This document shows positions 35,956 to 45,894 of a stretch of DNA of 64,000 nucleotides, piece after piece; position 1 is the first letter of the stretch; every line of letters starts with the position of its first letter. Location: the NCBI GenBank assembly GCA_019057815.1, contig JAHLWR010000017.1:12019-76018 (forward strand), written 5' to 3'. The stretch comes from Candidatus Heimdallarchaeota archaeon (GTDB lineage: Archaea; Asgardarchaeota; Heimdallarchaeia; Heimdallarchaeales; Heimdallarchaeaceae). The notes under the pieces were generated by a model. It worked only from the letters and a program-made list of their open reading frames with translations. It had not been told where the DNA came from and ran no database searches. Both the position numbers and the translations under genes were made by a program.

Positions 35956-36345
35956 CTACATAGAAGTAAACTTGAATCCATATTTGATTAAACCTTCATG
36001 ACCATCTCGTGCCAAAATGCGAAAAACCATTTTTACTTCCATACCTTTTCTTAAGTCCTTATAATCACAATCTATTATTTGTCCTGTAACTTTAATGCCA
36101 TCATTTAATTCTATAATTCCTAAACAATAAGGAGCATTAAACGCCATTTCATCAGATGTCATGGACACATTTGTAAAGTATAAGATTTTTCCTGTTTCTG
36201 CTAACCTGTACTCTTCAACATCATTAGTTCCACAATATGGGCAATATTCACTTAGAGGGAAACTTCTTTTCCCACATTTTTTACAACTAATCCCTAGAGC
36301 AAGATACTTTTGCCTTTTCTCTCTCCAAATTTTGGGTGGTTCCAT
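35956..36345 (-). CDS. DUF35 Zn-ribbon/OB-fold protein (thiolase-HMGS scaffold)
   Basis: CKKCG...CPYC, APY..GIIEL, I.YGFKF; operon context. Confidence 0.93.
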   Translation of the reverse strand: MEPPKIWREKRQKYLALGISCKKCGKRSFPLSEYCPYCGTNDVEEYRLAETGKILYFTNVSMTSDEMAFNAPYCLGIIELNDGIKVTGQIIDCDYKDLRKGMEVKMVFRILARDGHEGLIKYGFKFTSM

Positions 36346-37535
36346 TATTGTTTCATCTCCTCTTGTCCAAAAATATTAACGTAAGCCAATACTCCTGTAC
36401 CCATAATATTATGAGTTAATCCGTATTCTATTTCACTTACTTGCCTTTTATCAGCTCTTCCTCTTAATTGCTCTACAATTTCCACTATTTGAGCAATGCC
36501 AGTAGCTCCAAAAGGATCACCCCTAGCTTTTAAACCCCCGCTGGGATTAATACTTATTTTGTTGTTTAATTGTGTTAAACCAGCTTCAGTAGCATTTCCT
36601 CCCTCTCCTTTTTCAAAGAAACCAAGATCTTCTATTGCTAATATTTCAGAGATTGGAAAAGCATCATGTACTTCAGCTACAGCAATATCTGTGGGTTCTA
36701 TACCCACTTTAGCAAATGCCTTTTTTGCTGCTGTAACAGTAGATTTTATTTGTGTTAAAGATTCTCGGTGGTGCAATGCTAAAACATCTGTACTATGTTC
36801 TGATGAAAGGATTGGAATTTTGTTTTTAATTTCGCTGTTCCTTTCCAAATATTCTTCAGATACAAGTATTAAAGCTGAACTTCCATCGCAATGTGTTGCT
36901 AAATCAAAACGACCAATGGGATCAGATATGCGTTTAGCACTTAAGAATCTATCCAAAGGAATTTCTCTTCTAAATTGGGCATGGGGATTTTCTTTCCCAT
37001 TTTTGTGATTTTTAACAGGAACAGAAGCTAATTGTTCCATAGTTGTATGGAATTCTCTCATATGAGCTTTTGTTATCAGAGCGTATAAGCTTGTTAAAGT
37101 CGCACCTATTTCATACTCCCATTGGTAATCTATAGTTGAACCTAATATTTTCTCAATTGTTCCGTTTTTTACAAAGTCACTTAATTTCTCACTTCCAATA
37201 ACAGCTACACAATCATATATACCACTGGCTAAGCTTATGTATGCTTGATGAAATGCTGCTGCTCCACTTGCATTTCCCGCTTCAACTCGTGTATAAGGTA
37301 TTGACATATTACATTCTCGTAAACATTTTGAGCTAAAAACTGAATGAGGTGATGAATTAGATGTCATAGAACCAAAATAAGCTGATTTTATTGAACTTCT
37401 ATCTATTTTGGCGTCATTTATTGCTGCATTAAGAGCTTCAGTAGCTAGACTGGTTGAATCCCTATCATAAAACTCTCCAAACTTTGTTAAACCAGTTCCA
37501 ATAACAAACACATTTCTTCCATTCATTCTCATCAC
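36345..37535 (-). CDS. Archaeal thiolase-family protein with non-canonical catalytic motifs
   Basis: G.TKFG, VKNH.NG..NP.AQF, EVHD.F, EDLGF, NPSGGLKA.G.P.GATG; lies between hmgS and DUF35. Confidence 0.9.
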   Translation of the reverse strand: MMRMNGRNVFVIGTGLTKFGEFYDRDSTSLATEALNAAINDAKIDRSSIKSAYFGSMTSNSSPHSVFSSKCLRECNMSIPYTRVEAGNASGAAAFHQAYISLASGIYDCVAVIGSEKLSDFVKNGTIEKILGSTIDYQWEYEIGATLTSLYALITKAHMREFHTTMEQLASVPVKNHKNGKENPHAQFRREIPLDRFLSAKRISDPIGRFDLATHCDGSSALILVSEEYLERNSEIKNKIPILSSEHSTDVLALHHRESLTQIKSTVTAAKKAFAKVGIEPTDIAVAEVHDAFPISEILAIEDLGFFEKGEGGNATEAGLTQLNNKISINPSGGLKARGDPFGATGIAQIVEIVEQLRGRADKRQVSEIEYGLTHNIMGTGVLAYVNIFGQEEMKQ

Positions 37536-38572
37536 TTTAACAATCCTTTGTATCTTGTATACAATCCATAATCAATATCTTTAGTTCGTTTGATGTAATA
37601 TTCAATATCAAATGGATAAGACTGAAGTTTTTCAATCTTATCAGTTACTACGAAAGAGAAGGAATCACTTCCAGCTCCACTTCCATAAGAAGTCATAAGA
37701 ATCCTTTCTCCTGAAGATGCTTTTTCTAAAATTCTGTTCAAACCTAGCATTGAGGATGCTGAATAGGTATTTCCTATATGGCGGCACACCAAACTTAATT
37801 CAACTTGCTCTTTTGTAAAACCTAACATTTTTGCTACAGAAAGTGGAAATTTTGTATTAGGTTGATGAAAAACAACATAATCATAATCTGAAGGATTTGT
37901 TTGTAGTTGATTCATTATACCTTTTGTTGCATCTATACTATGTTGGAAATAAGCAGGTTTACCTGTAAATCTTTGACCGTGAGAAGGATAAGTTGCCCCT
38001 TCCCTTCTCCAAAAATCAGGTGTATCTGAAGTTACAGAATATGTTCCTTCTAGTTCTGCAATTATTCCTTCACTTCCGATTAATATAGCTGCACTTCCAG
38101 CTCCTGCTGTGTATTCTAATGGGTCACTAGGTTTTGCTTGGCTATCATCTGAACCTATGGCTAGGCCATAGTTTATCATATCTGATTTAACTAAACCAAA
38201 ACACATCTGCATACCTGCGGTGCCTGCTTTGCAAGCAAATTCTAAGTCTGCAGCCATAATTTCTTTTCCTGTAGGCAAAGCTTCTGATACTATTGTGGCA
38301 GTTGGTTTTACTGCGTAAGGATGAGACTCACTACCTACATAGATAGCTCCAATTAGTTTTGGTTCACCATCCCATAAATTAACTGCATTGCGAGCAGATT
38401 CCACTGCCATAGTTACGACATCTTCATCTAAACCTAAAACAGATTTCTTTGGTACTTGTAACTGATTTTTGAGTTCAGTTGCATCTTCTCCCCATATGTG
38501 GGCTATTTCTTCGACACTTATTCGATACTGTGGGATATATGATCCATAAGATACTATACCTACTTTGTTCAT
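37532..38572 (-). CDS. hmgS: Hydroxymethylglutaryl-CoA synthase (archaeal type)
   Basis: GSESHPYAVKP, EFACKAGT, DTPDFWRR, FHQPN.KFP, IGNTYS, SYGSGAGSD. Confidence 0.97.
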   Translation of the reverse strand: MNKVGIVSYGSYIPQYRISVEEIAHIWGEDATELKNQLQVPKKSVLGLDEDVVTMAVESARNAVNLWDGEPKLIGAIYVGSESHPYAVKPTATIVSEALPTGKEIMAADLEFACKAGTAGMQMCFGLVKSDMINYGLAIGSDDSQAKPSDPLEYTAGAGSAAILIGSEGIIAELEGTYSVTSDTPDFWRREGATYPSHGQRFTGKPAYFQHSIDATKGIMNQLQTNPSDYDYVVFHQPNTKFPLSVAKMLGFTKEQVELSLVCRHIGNTYSASSMLGLNRILEKASSGERILMTSYGSGAGSDSFSFVVTDKIEKLQSYPFDIEYYIKRTKDIDYGLYTRYKGLLK

Positions 38573-38715
38573 ATCTAAACCCTAAGGAATTGTTAATTCA
38601 ATTGATATAATAAACGTTTTTTAAAAACTATATAATACTCTGAAATATAGAATGTAAAAATGTAATTAATATTTTTTAAAGCAACATTTATGAATAACGA
38701 TACAAAATCAATTGT

Positions 38716-41700
38716 ATGAAACGAAAATCAATAATTGGTATTTCCATATTAGGAGTACTTCTTGTACAAATGTGTTTCACAACAGGAACAAATGTAGGAG
38801 CTACAACCGCAACTGTTCCAGGAGAAAATATTTTCATAGATTCAATGAGAAAATATGTTCTAAGTTTTGAAACAGAAGCTTCATTCAATCAATATCTAGT
38901 TGAAAACCAACCAGATAGATTCTATCCTGAATTGAAAATGGTGATAGCTAAAGATTGGTTGAGCAATAGAGATGATTTGAACTCTATTGAAGGAATAAAC
39001 AAAGTATTTGACGTAACTAACACTAGATTCTACTTCTCTGAAAACACTGGGAATCAACCTGTTTTAATAGCTTCAACAAACGGTGTAAAGTTGACTATTG
39101 ATAGTGCTGATATGCTAAATGTAACTGGTCTTTGGAGCGAAGGTTATGATGGTGATGGTGTTGTTATTTGTGATATAGACACAGGTATCAATGAGGACCA
39201 TGTAGACTTTGCTGGAAGAATTTTAGGAGACAGTAAGTCATTTGTAAGTCCGGAATTCGGTCATACTACGACAAATCTTTTAATTGATGATATGCAATCA
39301 CACGGTTCACACACTGCAGGCATAGCTGCTGGAGATGGCACTGGCAATCCTGAGTATATTGGTATGGCACCAGAAGCAAGTTTGCTAGTATTAAAGGTTT
39401 CAGACATAAACTCGATTCCTATGGAAGCAATTCTAGGTGCTCTTGATTATGCTCTTTCACTGGGATATGTCGATGTAATTAACTTTAGTATAGGAGGATC
39501 AGATCAGGTAGGTCAAGATGTAGAAGAAGCACTTATGAAAATCTTAGTGCTTAGTGGAATTGTAATTGCCTGTTCAGCTGGAAATGAAGCCTCTGGTCCT
39601 GTAAGCTATTTCACAGCAGGTTCACCAGGAACTGCTCCTCAAGTCATTTCTGTAGCAGCTACTACATACGCTGGAACTAAAGCTTCCTTTAGTTCTATGG
39701 GCCCAAGCGCTGATGGTTTTGTCAAACCTGATTTAGTTGCACCAGGTGTAGGGATATGGAGTGTTGGAATCGCTGATAATACAGATTATGTCTCAAAGGA
39801 TGGTACATCAATGGCAGCGCCTCATATAACGGGAACCGCAGCTGTTTTAATTCAAGCTGTGAAAGATTTAGGAATCGATTTCGATGCTGGGTTAATTAAA
39901 ACAGCGTTAATGAAGTCTTCAGAAATGAGAGGTGAATACTTAATATATGGTGCTGGACTTCCTGATGCTGGAAATGCATTCCACATTATTGATGATGCTC
40001 CAGTCAATGCGACAGGATACCCTGTAATCTTATGGGCAATCCCAGAAATGCCGATTCAATGGTATGAAACCATACCTCAAGGTTTCCAAACAGAGATGTA
40101 TGTTGAAAGTGTTTCTTCAACACCATATGAGGATTTGGCACCTGTAATTTCAGGTAATATTGCCACAATAATGTCTCTAAATACAACACCTGCAACTGAA
40201 CCATGGACGAAAAATTACGCTTTACAATTTGACGTAGCCGACGATGCAACAGTTGGAGTTTATGAAGGTTACATTACTTTTGAAACATCTCAAAGTGTTT
40301 CTGTATCAACTTATGTCAAAGTAACTGTAACTGAAGGACATAGCAAAATCTACTATGCCAAACAACATTCAAATTGGAGAATTGATAATTTCTTAGGTCA
40401 ATACCTTTATGTAATTTCTGATTTACTGCAAAGAGGTTATGCTGTAAATGAATTCAAAACTGGAGAAATAACAGCTGGGGTTCTAGCTGATTACGATATG
40501 ATTTGGTTTGCTGATCCCTTTAACAGAATATTTCCAGAATTAGAAACCAACCCAGATGTTATTGAAACCTATAATCCACTTACAAATGCTGAAAAAACTG
40601 CAATTCAACAATTCGTTGACAATGGTGGTGGTCTTTACATAGATCTTCTAGGTCGAAGTTATGAGACAATAGAACACTTAGCAATAACCATATTATCGGG
40701 TAACAATATTACTATGGTTAATGAATTGATTGAGCCCTTCAATATCACTGTTCAGGCTGCTGCATACGATTTCAGTGCAGTTGCAACAGCTTCAGTCTCA
40801 GCAAGTCATAAAATAACTGATGGTGTAGCTAAGATTGACCACTGGGGTACAACATTATCGGTAGATGAAGGGGCATCGATTCTTACTAAATATTCTAATA
40901 AAGGTACGACCGCTGTCTTTGAAAATGAAAATGGTGGTCGTGTATGTGTTGCTACAACTAACTTCCACTTGGATACATCTGGTTACAAAGAGGAATACAA
41001 CACTGGAACCAAAAACAAACTATTTTCTCTTAATACATTTGAGTGGTTAACTGCTAAAGAAAAAATTCAAGGATCTTATGTCAAAGATGAAACTGGTGTT
41101 ACATTTGATTTAACGGTTTTACCATCTGATGTAGTACCTACAGGACTACTAACATTAACTGCTCCAAGTGGTACAACTGTTGAAGATGTAGTTCTTGATG
41201 ATGTGGGTGTAGGCCTGTATCAATATCGTTTAGATTACACTTTAGAAGGAACCTACAAATTTGTTGTCTCAACTTCTGACGATAAATATATTGTCTCCAT
41301 CCTATATGATTTATCTCCACCAATTGTTTATGCACTTGGAGGATGGGTTAATAATACTGTACTAGAAGGTGCGAGGTTAGATTTTGAAATCGTTGAAGAC
41401 GTTACCTCTATTGCATCAATTCAAGTTACACTCAATGGAGATGGTGTTACAACATATGGAAGCGGGCAATTAATGACGTTCTTTATCTTCAAATCTAGTT
41501 TGATTGATGGTGAAGATAATGTTCTCATAGTAATTGTATTTGATATAGCAGGTAATCGAGTGGAATACAATTTCATTATACCGACAGTGGAACAAACAAC
41601 GGAAACGACAACAGAAACGACAACAGAAACGACAACGGAAACGACAACAGAAACAACTTCCACTACTGATAAAGGGCCAATATCTACTCTTGCTGCTATT

Positions 41701-41757
41701 ATGAGTATTATCTCTTTAGTTGCAATAATATATGTCATCCGTCGAAAATCTCATTAA
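38716..41757 (+). CDS. Secreted, C-terminally anchored S8 subtilase with GATase-like domain and Thr-rich stalk
   Basis: IDTG, HGSH, SAGN, GTSMAAP; (TTTE)n linker; TM plus RRK. Confidence 0.92.
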   Translation: MKRKSIIGISILGVLLVQMCFTTGTNVGATTATVPGENIFIDSMRKYVLSFETEASFNQYLVENQPDRFYPELKMVIAKDWLSNRDDLNSIEGINKVFDVTNTRFYFSENTGNQPVLIASTNGVKLTIDSADMLNVTGLWSEGYDGDGVVICDIDTGINEDHVDFAGRILGDSKSFVSPEFGHTTTNLLIDDMQSHGSHTAGIAAGDGTGNPEYIGMAPEASLLVLKVSDINSIPMEAILGALDYALSLGYVDVINFSIGGSDQVGQDVEEALMKILVLSGIVIACSAGNEASGPVSYFTAGSPGTAPQVISVAATTYAGTKASFSSMGPSADGFVKPDLVAPGVGIWSVGIADNTDYVSKDGTSMAAPHITGTAAVLIQAVKDLGIDFDAGLIKTALMKSSEMRGEYLIYGAGLPDAGNAFHIIDDAPVNATGYPVILWAIPEMPIQWYETIPQGFQTEMYVESVSSTPYEDLAPVISGNIATIMSLNTTPATEPWTKNYALQFDVADDATVGVYEGYITFETSQSVSVSTYVKVTVTEGHSKIYYAKQHSNWRIDNFLGQYLYVISDLLQRGYAVNEFKTGEITAGVLADYDMIWFADPFNRIFPELETNPDVIETYNPLTNAEKTAIQQFVDNGGGLYIDLLGRSYETIEHLAITILSGNNITMVNELIEPFNITVQAAAYDFSAVATASVSASHKITDGVAKIDHWGTTLSVDEGASILTKYSNKGTTAVFENENGGRVCVATTNFHLDTSGYKEEYNTGTKNKLFSLNTFEWLTAKEKIQGSYVKDETGVTFDLTVLPSDVVPTGLLTLTAPSGTTVEDVVLDDVGVGLYQYRLDYTLEGTYKFVVSTSDDKYIVSILYDLSPPIVYALGGWVNNTVLEGARLDFEIVEDVTSIASIQVTLNGDGVTTYGSGQLMTFFIFKSSLIDGEDNVLIVIVFDIAGNRVEYNFIIPTVEQTTETTTETTTETTTETTTETTSTTDKGPISTLAAIMSIISLVAIIYVIRRKSH
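41596..41658 (+). repeat. 12-nt repeat ACGACAACRGAA encoding TTTE
   Basis: About five units read directly. Confidence 0.9.
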
Positions 41758-41795
41758 TCCTTTTTTTTCTTTTTTCTTTGTTTTATTTTTCTTTT
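41758..41795 (+). terminator. Oligo-T archaeal terminator
   Basis: Several long T-runs immediately after the stop codon. Confidence 0.65.
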
Positions 41796-41894
41796 AACAG
41801 AATCTTTTTAACATCCTATTCCTTGATTTTTCAGAGAAGAATCATTTTAAAATCACGAAATTAGGGCTTCTACAGTGAAATAGTGGTAATTGTA

Positions 41895-42548
41895 ATGAGA
41901 TTTGCAAAGGAATCAAAAGAAATAATTATGTTCTTTATTTCTATAATGTTATTAAGCTTAGTAGCTATTATAGCAATTTCTCAATTTTACAATTTGTGGT
42001 GGATATATGTTCTCTTAGCTATTCCTATATTCTGTTCTATTTTTGTTATTTGGACTTTTAGAGATCCACAAAGAATACCCAATTTATCACAAAATGGTAT
42101 TTTAGCTCCAGCTGACGGGATTGTTACTGAGATAGTTGAAAAAGAAAAAGGTTTTTACTGTGTTATTCGTATGTCACCTTTTGATGTTCATATGACTAGA
42201 AGCCCAATAAGTGGAACTGTTAGAAGTGTGAAACGTCAGAAAGGAAAACATTGGCCTGCTTATTTTTCAAATTATGTAAAAAGAAATCAAAGAAATACCA
42301 TCTTCATCGAAAATGTGGAAAAGAACATTTCAGCGGAAGTTATTCAGGTTTCAGGTATTTTTGCAAGAAGGACAATAGGATATATCAAAGAGGGAGATGA
42401 GATTACGCAAGGGGACGTAATTGGTATCATAAGATTTGGTTCTATTACATCAGTAGAAATAAAAGGAGAAAATAGTTATAAAATACTAATAAAGTCTAAA
42501 GAATCAGTTAGAGCTGGTTTATCAATAATAGCAATCAAAGATGGTTAG
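41895..42548 (+). CDS. psd: Archaetidylserine/phosphatidylserine decarboxylase proenzyme
   Basis: FRDP.R, APADG, MSPFDVH..RSP, ARR, IRFGS cleavage motif. Confidence 0.92.
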   Translation: MRFAKESKEIIMFFISIMLLSLVAIIAISQFYNLWWIYVLLAIPIFCSIFVIWTFRDPQRIPNLSQNGILAPADGIVTEIVEKEKGFYCVIRMSPFDVHMTRSPISGTVRSVKRQKGKHWPAYFSNYVKRNQRNTIFIENVEKNISAEVIQVSGIFARRTIGYIKEGDEITQGDVIGIIRFGSITSVEIKGENSYKILIKSKESVRAGLSIIAIKDG

Positions 42549-43335
42549 TGATTTCATGGAATGGAGTGAAATATCTTTTTTACAGAAACCTTGGATAAAG
42601 TATGGCGCTCTATTCTTAGCAAATCTAATGACACTTAGCAGTTTAGTTTTAGGAATTGTTGGTATTGTTTTGACTTTCAAATCTTATGAAAACTATTCAA
42701 TATATTTTGCTAAAATTCTAGCAGTCTGCTCGATTTTCGATTTTGCAGATGGAAAATTAGCTAGGATTGGTGGGAGCAAGAAAATAGCTGTCGACGTTGA
42801 TACAATAAGTGATTCAATAGTTTTTGGTATTTTACCTGCAATATATTTAGGTTATTGGGTTTCTGATTGGAGTATTGTAGCAGGTGTTTTTACAGGTTTG
42901 ATTTATGTTGGAGCAGTTTGGTTCAGGTTATACAGATTTAAAAAGAAAGATCCTATGTATGCTCCTTATTTTAGAGGATTACCCAGTCCTTTTGCTGCAA
43001 TGGTAATAGCTTGTCTTCTAATTTTTTCAGATACACCAGAATGGGGAGTATTAATAGCTACAATAATACTGGCTGGTTTTATGATTTCAACAATTCCTTT
43101 TGCATCATTTAAAGGTGTGCCTTCGAAATTTGATTGGTTTTGGATAGTAGTTACGACATTAGTTTTCATTCTCTTTGCAGTATTTCCTACAAGTTTGATG
43201 ATATTCCCTGCATACAGTTTAGCAACGTTAATGATAATATATTTAGTAGCTGGACCAATATATGCTGAAAAACTCGACAAAAAGTATCAACAAGATAAAA
43301 AAATTAAAGAGAAAAAGGCTGTTCCAGAAGCATAA
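42541..43335 (+). CDS. pssA: Archaetidylserine synthase (CDP-alcohol phosphatidyltransferase)
   Basis: DFADGKLAR...DTISD..FG..PA, RL.RF, F.GLPSP; overlaps psd. Confidence 0.9.
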   Translation: MVSDFMEWSEISFLQKPWIKYGALFLANLMTLSSLVLGIVGIVLTFKSYENYSIYFAKILAVCSIFDFADGKLARIGGSKKIAVDVDTISDSIVFGILPAIYLGYWVSDWSIVAGVFTGLIYVGAVWFRLYRFKKKDPMYAPYFRGLPSPFAAMVIACLLIFSDTPEWGVLIATIILAGFMISTIPFASFKGVPSKFDWFWIVVTTLVFILFAVFPTSLMIFPAYSLATLMIIYLVAGPIYAEKLDKKYQQDKKIKEKKAVPEA

Positions 43336-43370
43336 AACAGTAAAAAAGATCTAAAGAGAATGAGTAAGTC

Positions 43371-44438
43371 TCATTTCTTCTTTAATTTTGTATTAGCGAT
43401 CATTTCGAAGCCTAGAGCATTAGACATTACAGCGTTTTCAGGCACTAAAACTTCTTCAAATGATTTAACAATATTAGCGTCAAAGAATGCTTGTTTAAGA
43501 TATTTACCAAAGGTGTAAGATCCTCCACCACACACAATAACTTTCTCAATCCATGCATCTGGAGGAAGATTGTTTAGTAATCTATTACTTTCATCTACAA
43601 TAATATCTGCAATTGAAACTACAGCTTGATCTATCGCTGAACCAATGTCTAGAGCTTTTCCTCCGACAAGGACAGTTCTTTTCCCTTGTTCAATAGCTGT
43701 CATCAAATCAAATGGACGGATGATTTTACCAGCCTTTTCTTGAATTGCTCTTGAAAGAGCATTAGTTAGACTGTCTGTAGCTTCTTCAATAGAACCTGAA
43801 GCAGCTCTCATCATGCTACCTTTATACATACAAAGGATATCAGTTGTACCATGACCGATATCTACAATTATTGAATCGACAGCTGTTTTTACACCACTGC
43901 TTCGTAATGTATGCCAATATGTTCCATAGGGTTCAGGTGCTACTAAAACTTGTTCAACTAAAATTTTCATTTCTTTAACTTCACCTGTTGCATCATTTTT
44001 AACTTTGATATCATGTGTTCCTTTAAGACCTTTACTGAGTGTTTTACTCTCTTCCACACCTGTTGCTATTGGTACACCCGTAGCAACAACAAATTGCTCA
44101 TAATTGCTTTGCATTGTAAGACTTAGAATAGCTTTAAGTGCAAGCAAACTATTGTCGATAGACTTCATTTTGCCTTCAGAAGCCAGCGATTTTCTGATTT
44201 CACTTTGTAATCTCGCTAGTTCTCCAATATAGACATCTTGTCCTCTTGAGTCTTCAATAATCAAGTTATTGAGCAAACTCTTATCCTGAACTAAACCTGC
44301 CCATCCTGGATTGGGTGTTCCTATAACAGATGGAATTTTATACTGTTGATCTCCACATACAACTTTAATTGTGGAGGTACCTAAATCAACACCTACTGCT
44401 CTAGTAATTTCTGCAACTGGCATTTTAATTTCACTCAC
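43371..44438 (-). CDS. Actin-like ATPase, ParM/StbA-like
   Basis: Phosphate-1 VGVDLGTSTIK, IPSVIG, ATGVP, PEPYG, phosphate-2 IVDIGHGTTD, adenosine CGGGS, and C-terminal SNALGF. Confidence 0.88.
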   Translation of the reverse strand: MSEIKMPVAEITRAVGVDLGTSTIKVVCGDQQYKIPSVIGTPNPGWAGLVQDKSLLNNLIIEDSRGQDVYIGELARLQSEIRKSLASEGKMKSIDNSLLALKAILSLTMQSNYEQFVVATGVPIATGVEESKTLSKGLKGTHDIKVKNDATGEVKEMKILVEQVLVAPEPYGTYWHTLRSSGVKTAVDSIIVDIGHGTTDILCMYKGSMMRAASGSIEEATDSLTNALSRAIQEKAGKIIRPFDLMTAIEQGKRTVLVGGKALDIGSAIDQAVVSIADIIVDESNRLLNNLPPDAWIEKVIVCGGGSYTFGKYLKQAFFDANIVKSFEEVLVPENAVMSNALGFEMIANTKLKKK

Positions 44439-44492
44439 TTATGTTTTCAAGAAATTCTTATTTAAACTGTTTGTCCTCTTAGTTAGAAAAAT

Positions 44493-44664
44493 ATATACAC
44501 TTCTTTTATACTTACAAACCAGCTTCCGTTTAATATGTTCTTTTAACGTACTTGAATCTCTAAATTGGATAAGACTATGAAATAAATAGGTTTTTAGAGA
44601 TTAAATCTCTAATTATAAATGGAAAATACTCCGACAAAAAGCAGTAAAATATATAAGTGTATAT
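44493..44664. promoter_or_regulatory. Divergent promoter region with mirror-image AAGTGTATAT motifs and a central 19-bp palindrome
   Basis: ATATACACTT at 44493-44502; AAGTGTATAT at 44655-44664; TTAGAGATT-A-AATCTCTAA at 44594-44612; extra half-site at 44555-44563. Confidence 0.55.
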
Positions 44665-44721
44665 GATTTCTCTTTAAATGTATATGTGAAATAATTTAGT
44701 AAACTAATAGGTGAACTTAGT

Positions 44722-45285
44722 TTGGGAACTCGAATTTTCGACATGGACGAGTTAGAAGTAAGGGCTCAAATTGACAAAGTTATGAGAGCCACTGATAAGT
44801 TCTTTTTAATGGAAGATGGTAAGAGAGTTCGCCTAAATGAAGTTATAAGAGTTAAAGAGTTCACTGCTATGCTTGGTCTAATTATTGCTTATAGTGCTGG
44901 AAGTTTTATGACAATTGATCGTTTAGATCTTGAAGGAATGTACCCTGTAAGACAAAAAAGAATTATCAATAGGCTTGATTGTTACAGTGGTCAAGTGAGC
45001 AGCTCTTTAATGCTTGAATTACTTCAGCTGAGAGATAAAACGAAGCTTAGTAAGTATGATTTGATTTCACATATACAAAATAAGTATTTCAAAAACAAAC
45101 CTGTAGGTACCAGAGATATAACAGAATCTTTGAATCGTATGTTAAGAAAAACAATGAATGAATATTTCTTTTTTGAAAATAAGTATTTTAGAAGAGCACC
45201 ATTTGAACTTAGAATGATTGAAGTTCCCGCAAGAATACCTTATGAAGTGGTAAAAATAAGCGTTGATAACGTTATTCAAATATGA
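44722..45285 (+). CDS. Hypothetical protein divergent from the actin-like gene
   Basis: 187-aa ORF with a good SD (AGGTGA) before the TTG start. Confidence 0.75.
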   Translation: MGTRIFDMDELEVRAQIDKVMRATDKFFLMEDGKRVRLNEVIRVKEFTAMLGLIIAYSAGSFMTIDRLDLEGMYPVRQKRIINRLDCYSGQVSSSLMLELLQLRDKTKLSKYDLISHIQNKYFKNKPVGTRDITESLNRMLRKTMNEYFFFENKYFRRAPFELRMIEVPARIPYEVVKISVDNVIQI

Positions 45286-45381
45286 AATGAGTTTGTTATT
45301 TAATCATTTTATTTTCATGTAAAATCTTTAAAATAAAGGAAAAATATCTAAGTTTATAATTTTTCAATATTTTCAAGCAAA

Positions 45382-45873
45382 ATGTTATTATTGTTATTGT
45401 TTAGCATGTTATCAATGTCAGAGGATACTTGGAAATGCACTATTGAAGTCATCTCTTCAGAAACAGAAGTAAAACAAGTAGAGTTTGAATTTATTGATTA
45501 TGATGCCATTGTGAAAAAATCTTTACTTCTCAAACCTAATTATTTTAATGAGCTTGTTCAAAAAGCTAACACCTATGAGAATTATCACCTTTCAGGTGGA
45601 CTAGTTAAAATAATTACTCCTGACGGAGAGGACTTTTCTACTCGCAATTTTTATGCTATTCTAGGCGCAGAAAAAAACAACCTGTTGTTTGGAATACTCA
45701 TTGGAGAAGTTGATGAGAATCATTACAAAATGGTTGGCTTTCATCCTAAAGAATTACTATTGCAATTTAAAAACGATTCTAAAATTCTGAAATCTCTCCC
45801 CGTACTCTTACTCGAAAATGTAGATATGTGGCAACATGTTAGCATTATAGGACCTTCTGTCAAGCAGAACTAA
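45382..45873 (+). CDS. Hypothetical protein
   Basis: ORF present; true start probably the later ATG at 45415 (MSEDTW). Confidence 0.65.
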   Translation: MLLLLLFSMLSMSEDTWKCTIEVISSETEVKQVEFEFIDYDAIVKKSLLLKPNYFNELVQKANTYENYHLSGGLVKIITPDGEDFSTRNFYAILGAEKNNLLFGILIGEVDENHYKMVGFHPKELLLQFKNDSKILKSLPVLLLENVDMWQHVSIIGPSVKQN

Positions 45874-45894
45874 TTAATGAAGTAGATTTTCGAC

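Noticed and set aside
43371-44438. Lokiactin/eukaryote-like actin or MreB
   Set aside because: It lacks DNGSG, the D-loop and other eukaryotic actin inserts, and MreB signatures; the motifs are ParM/StbA-like.
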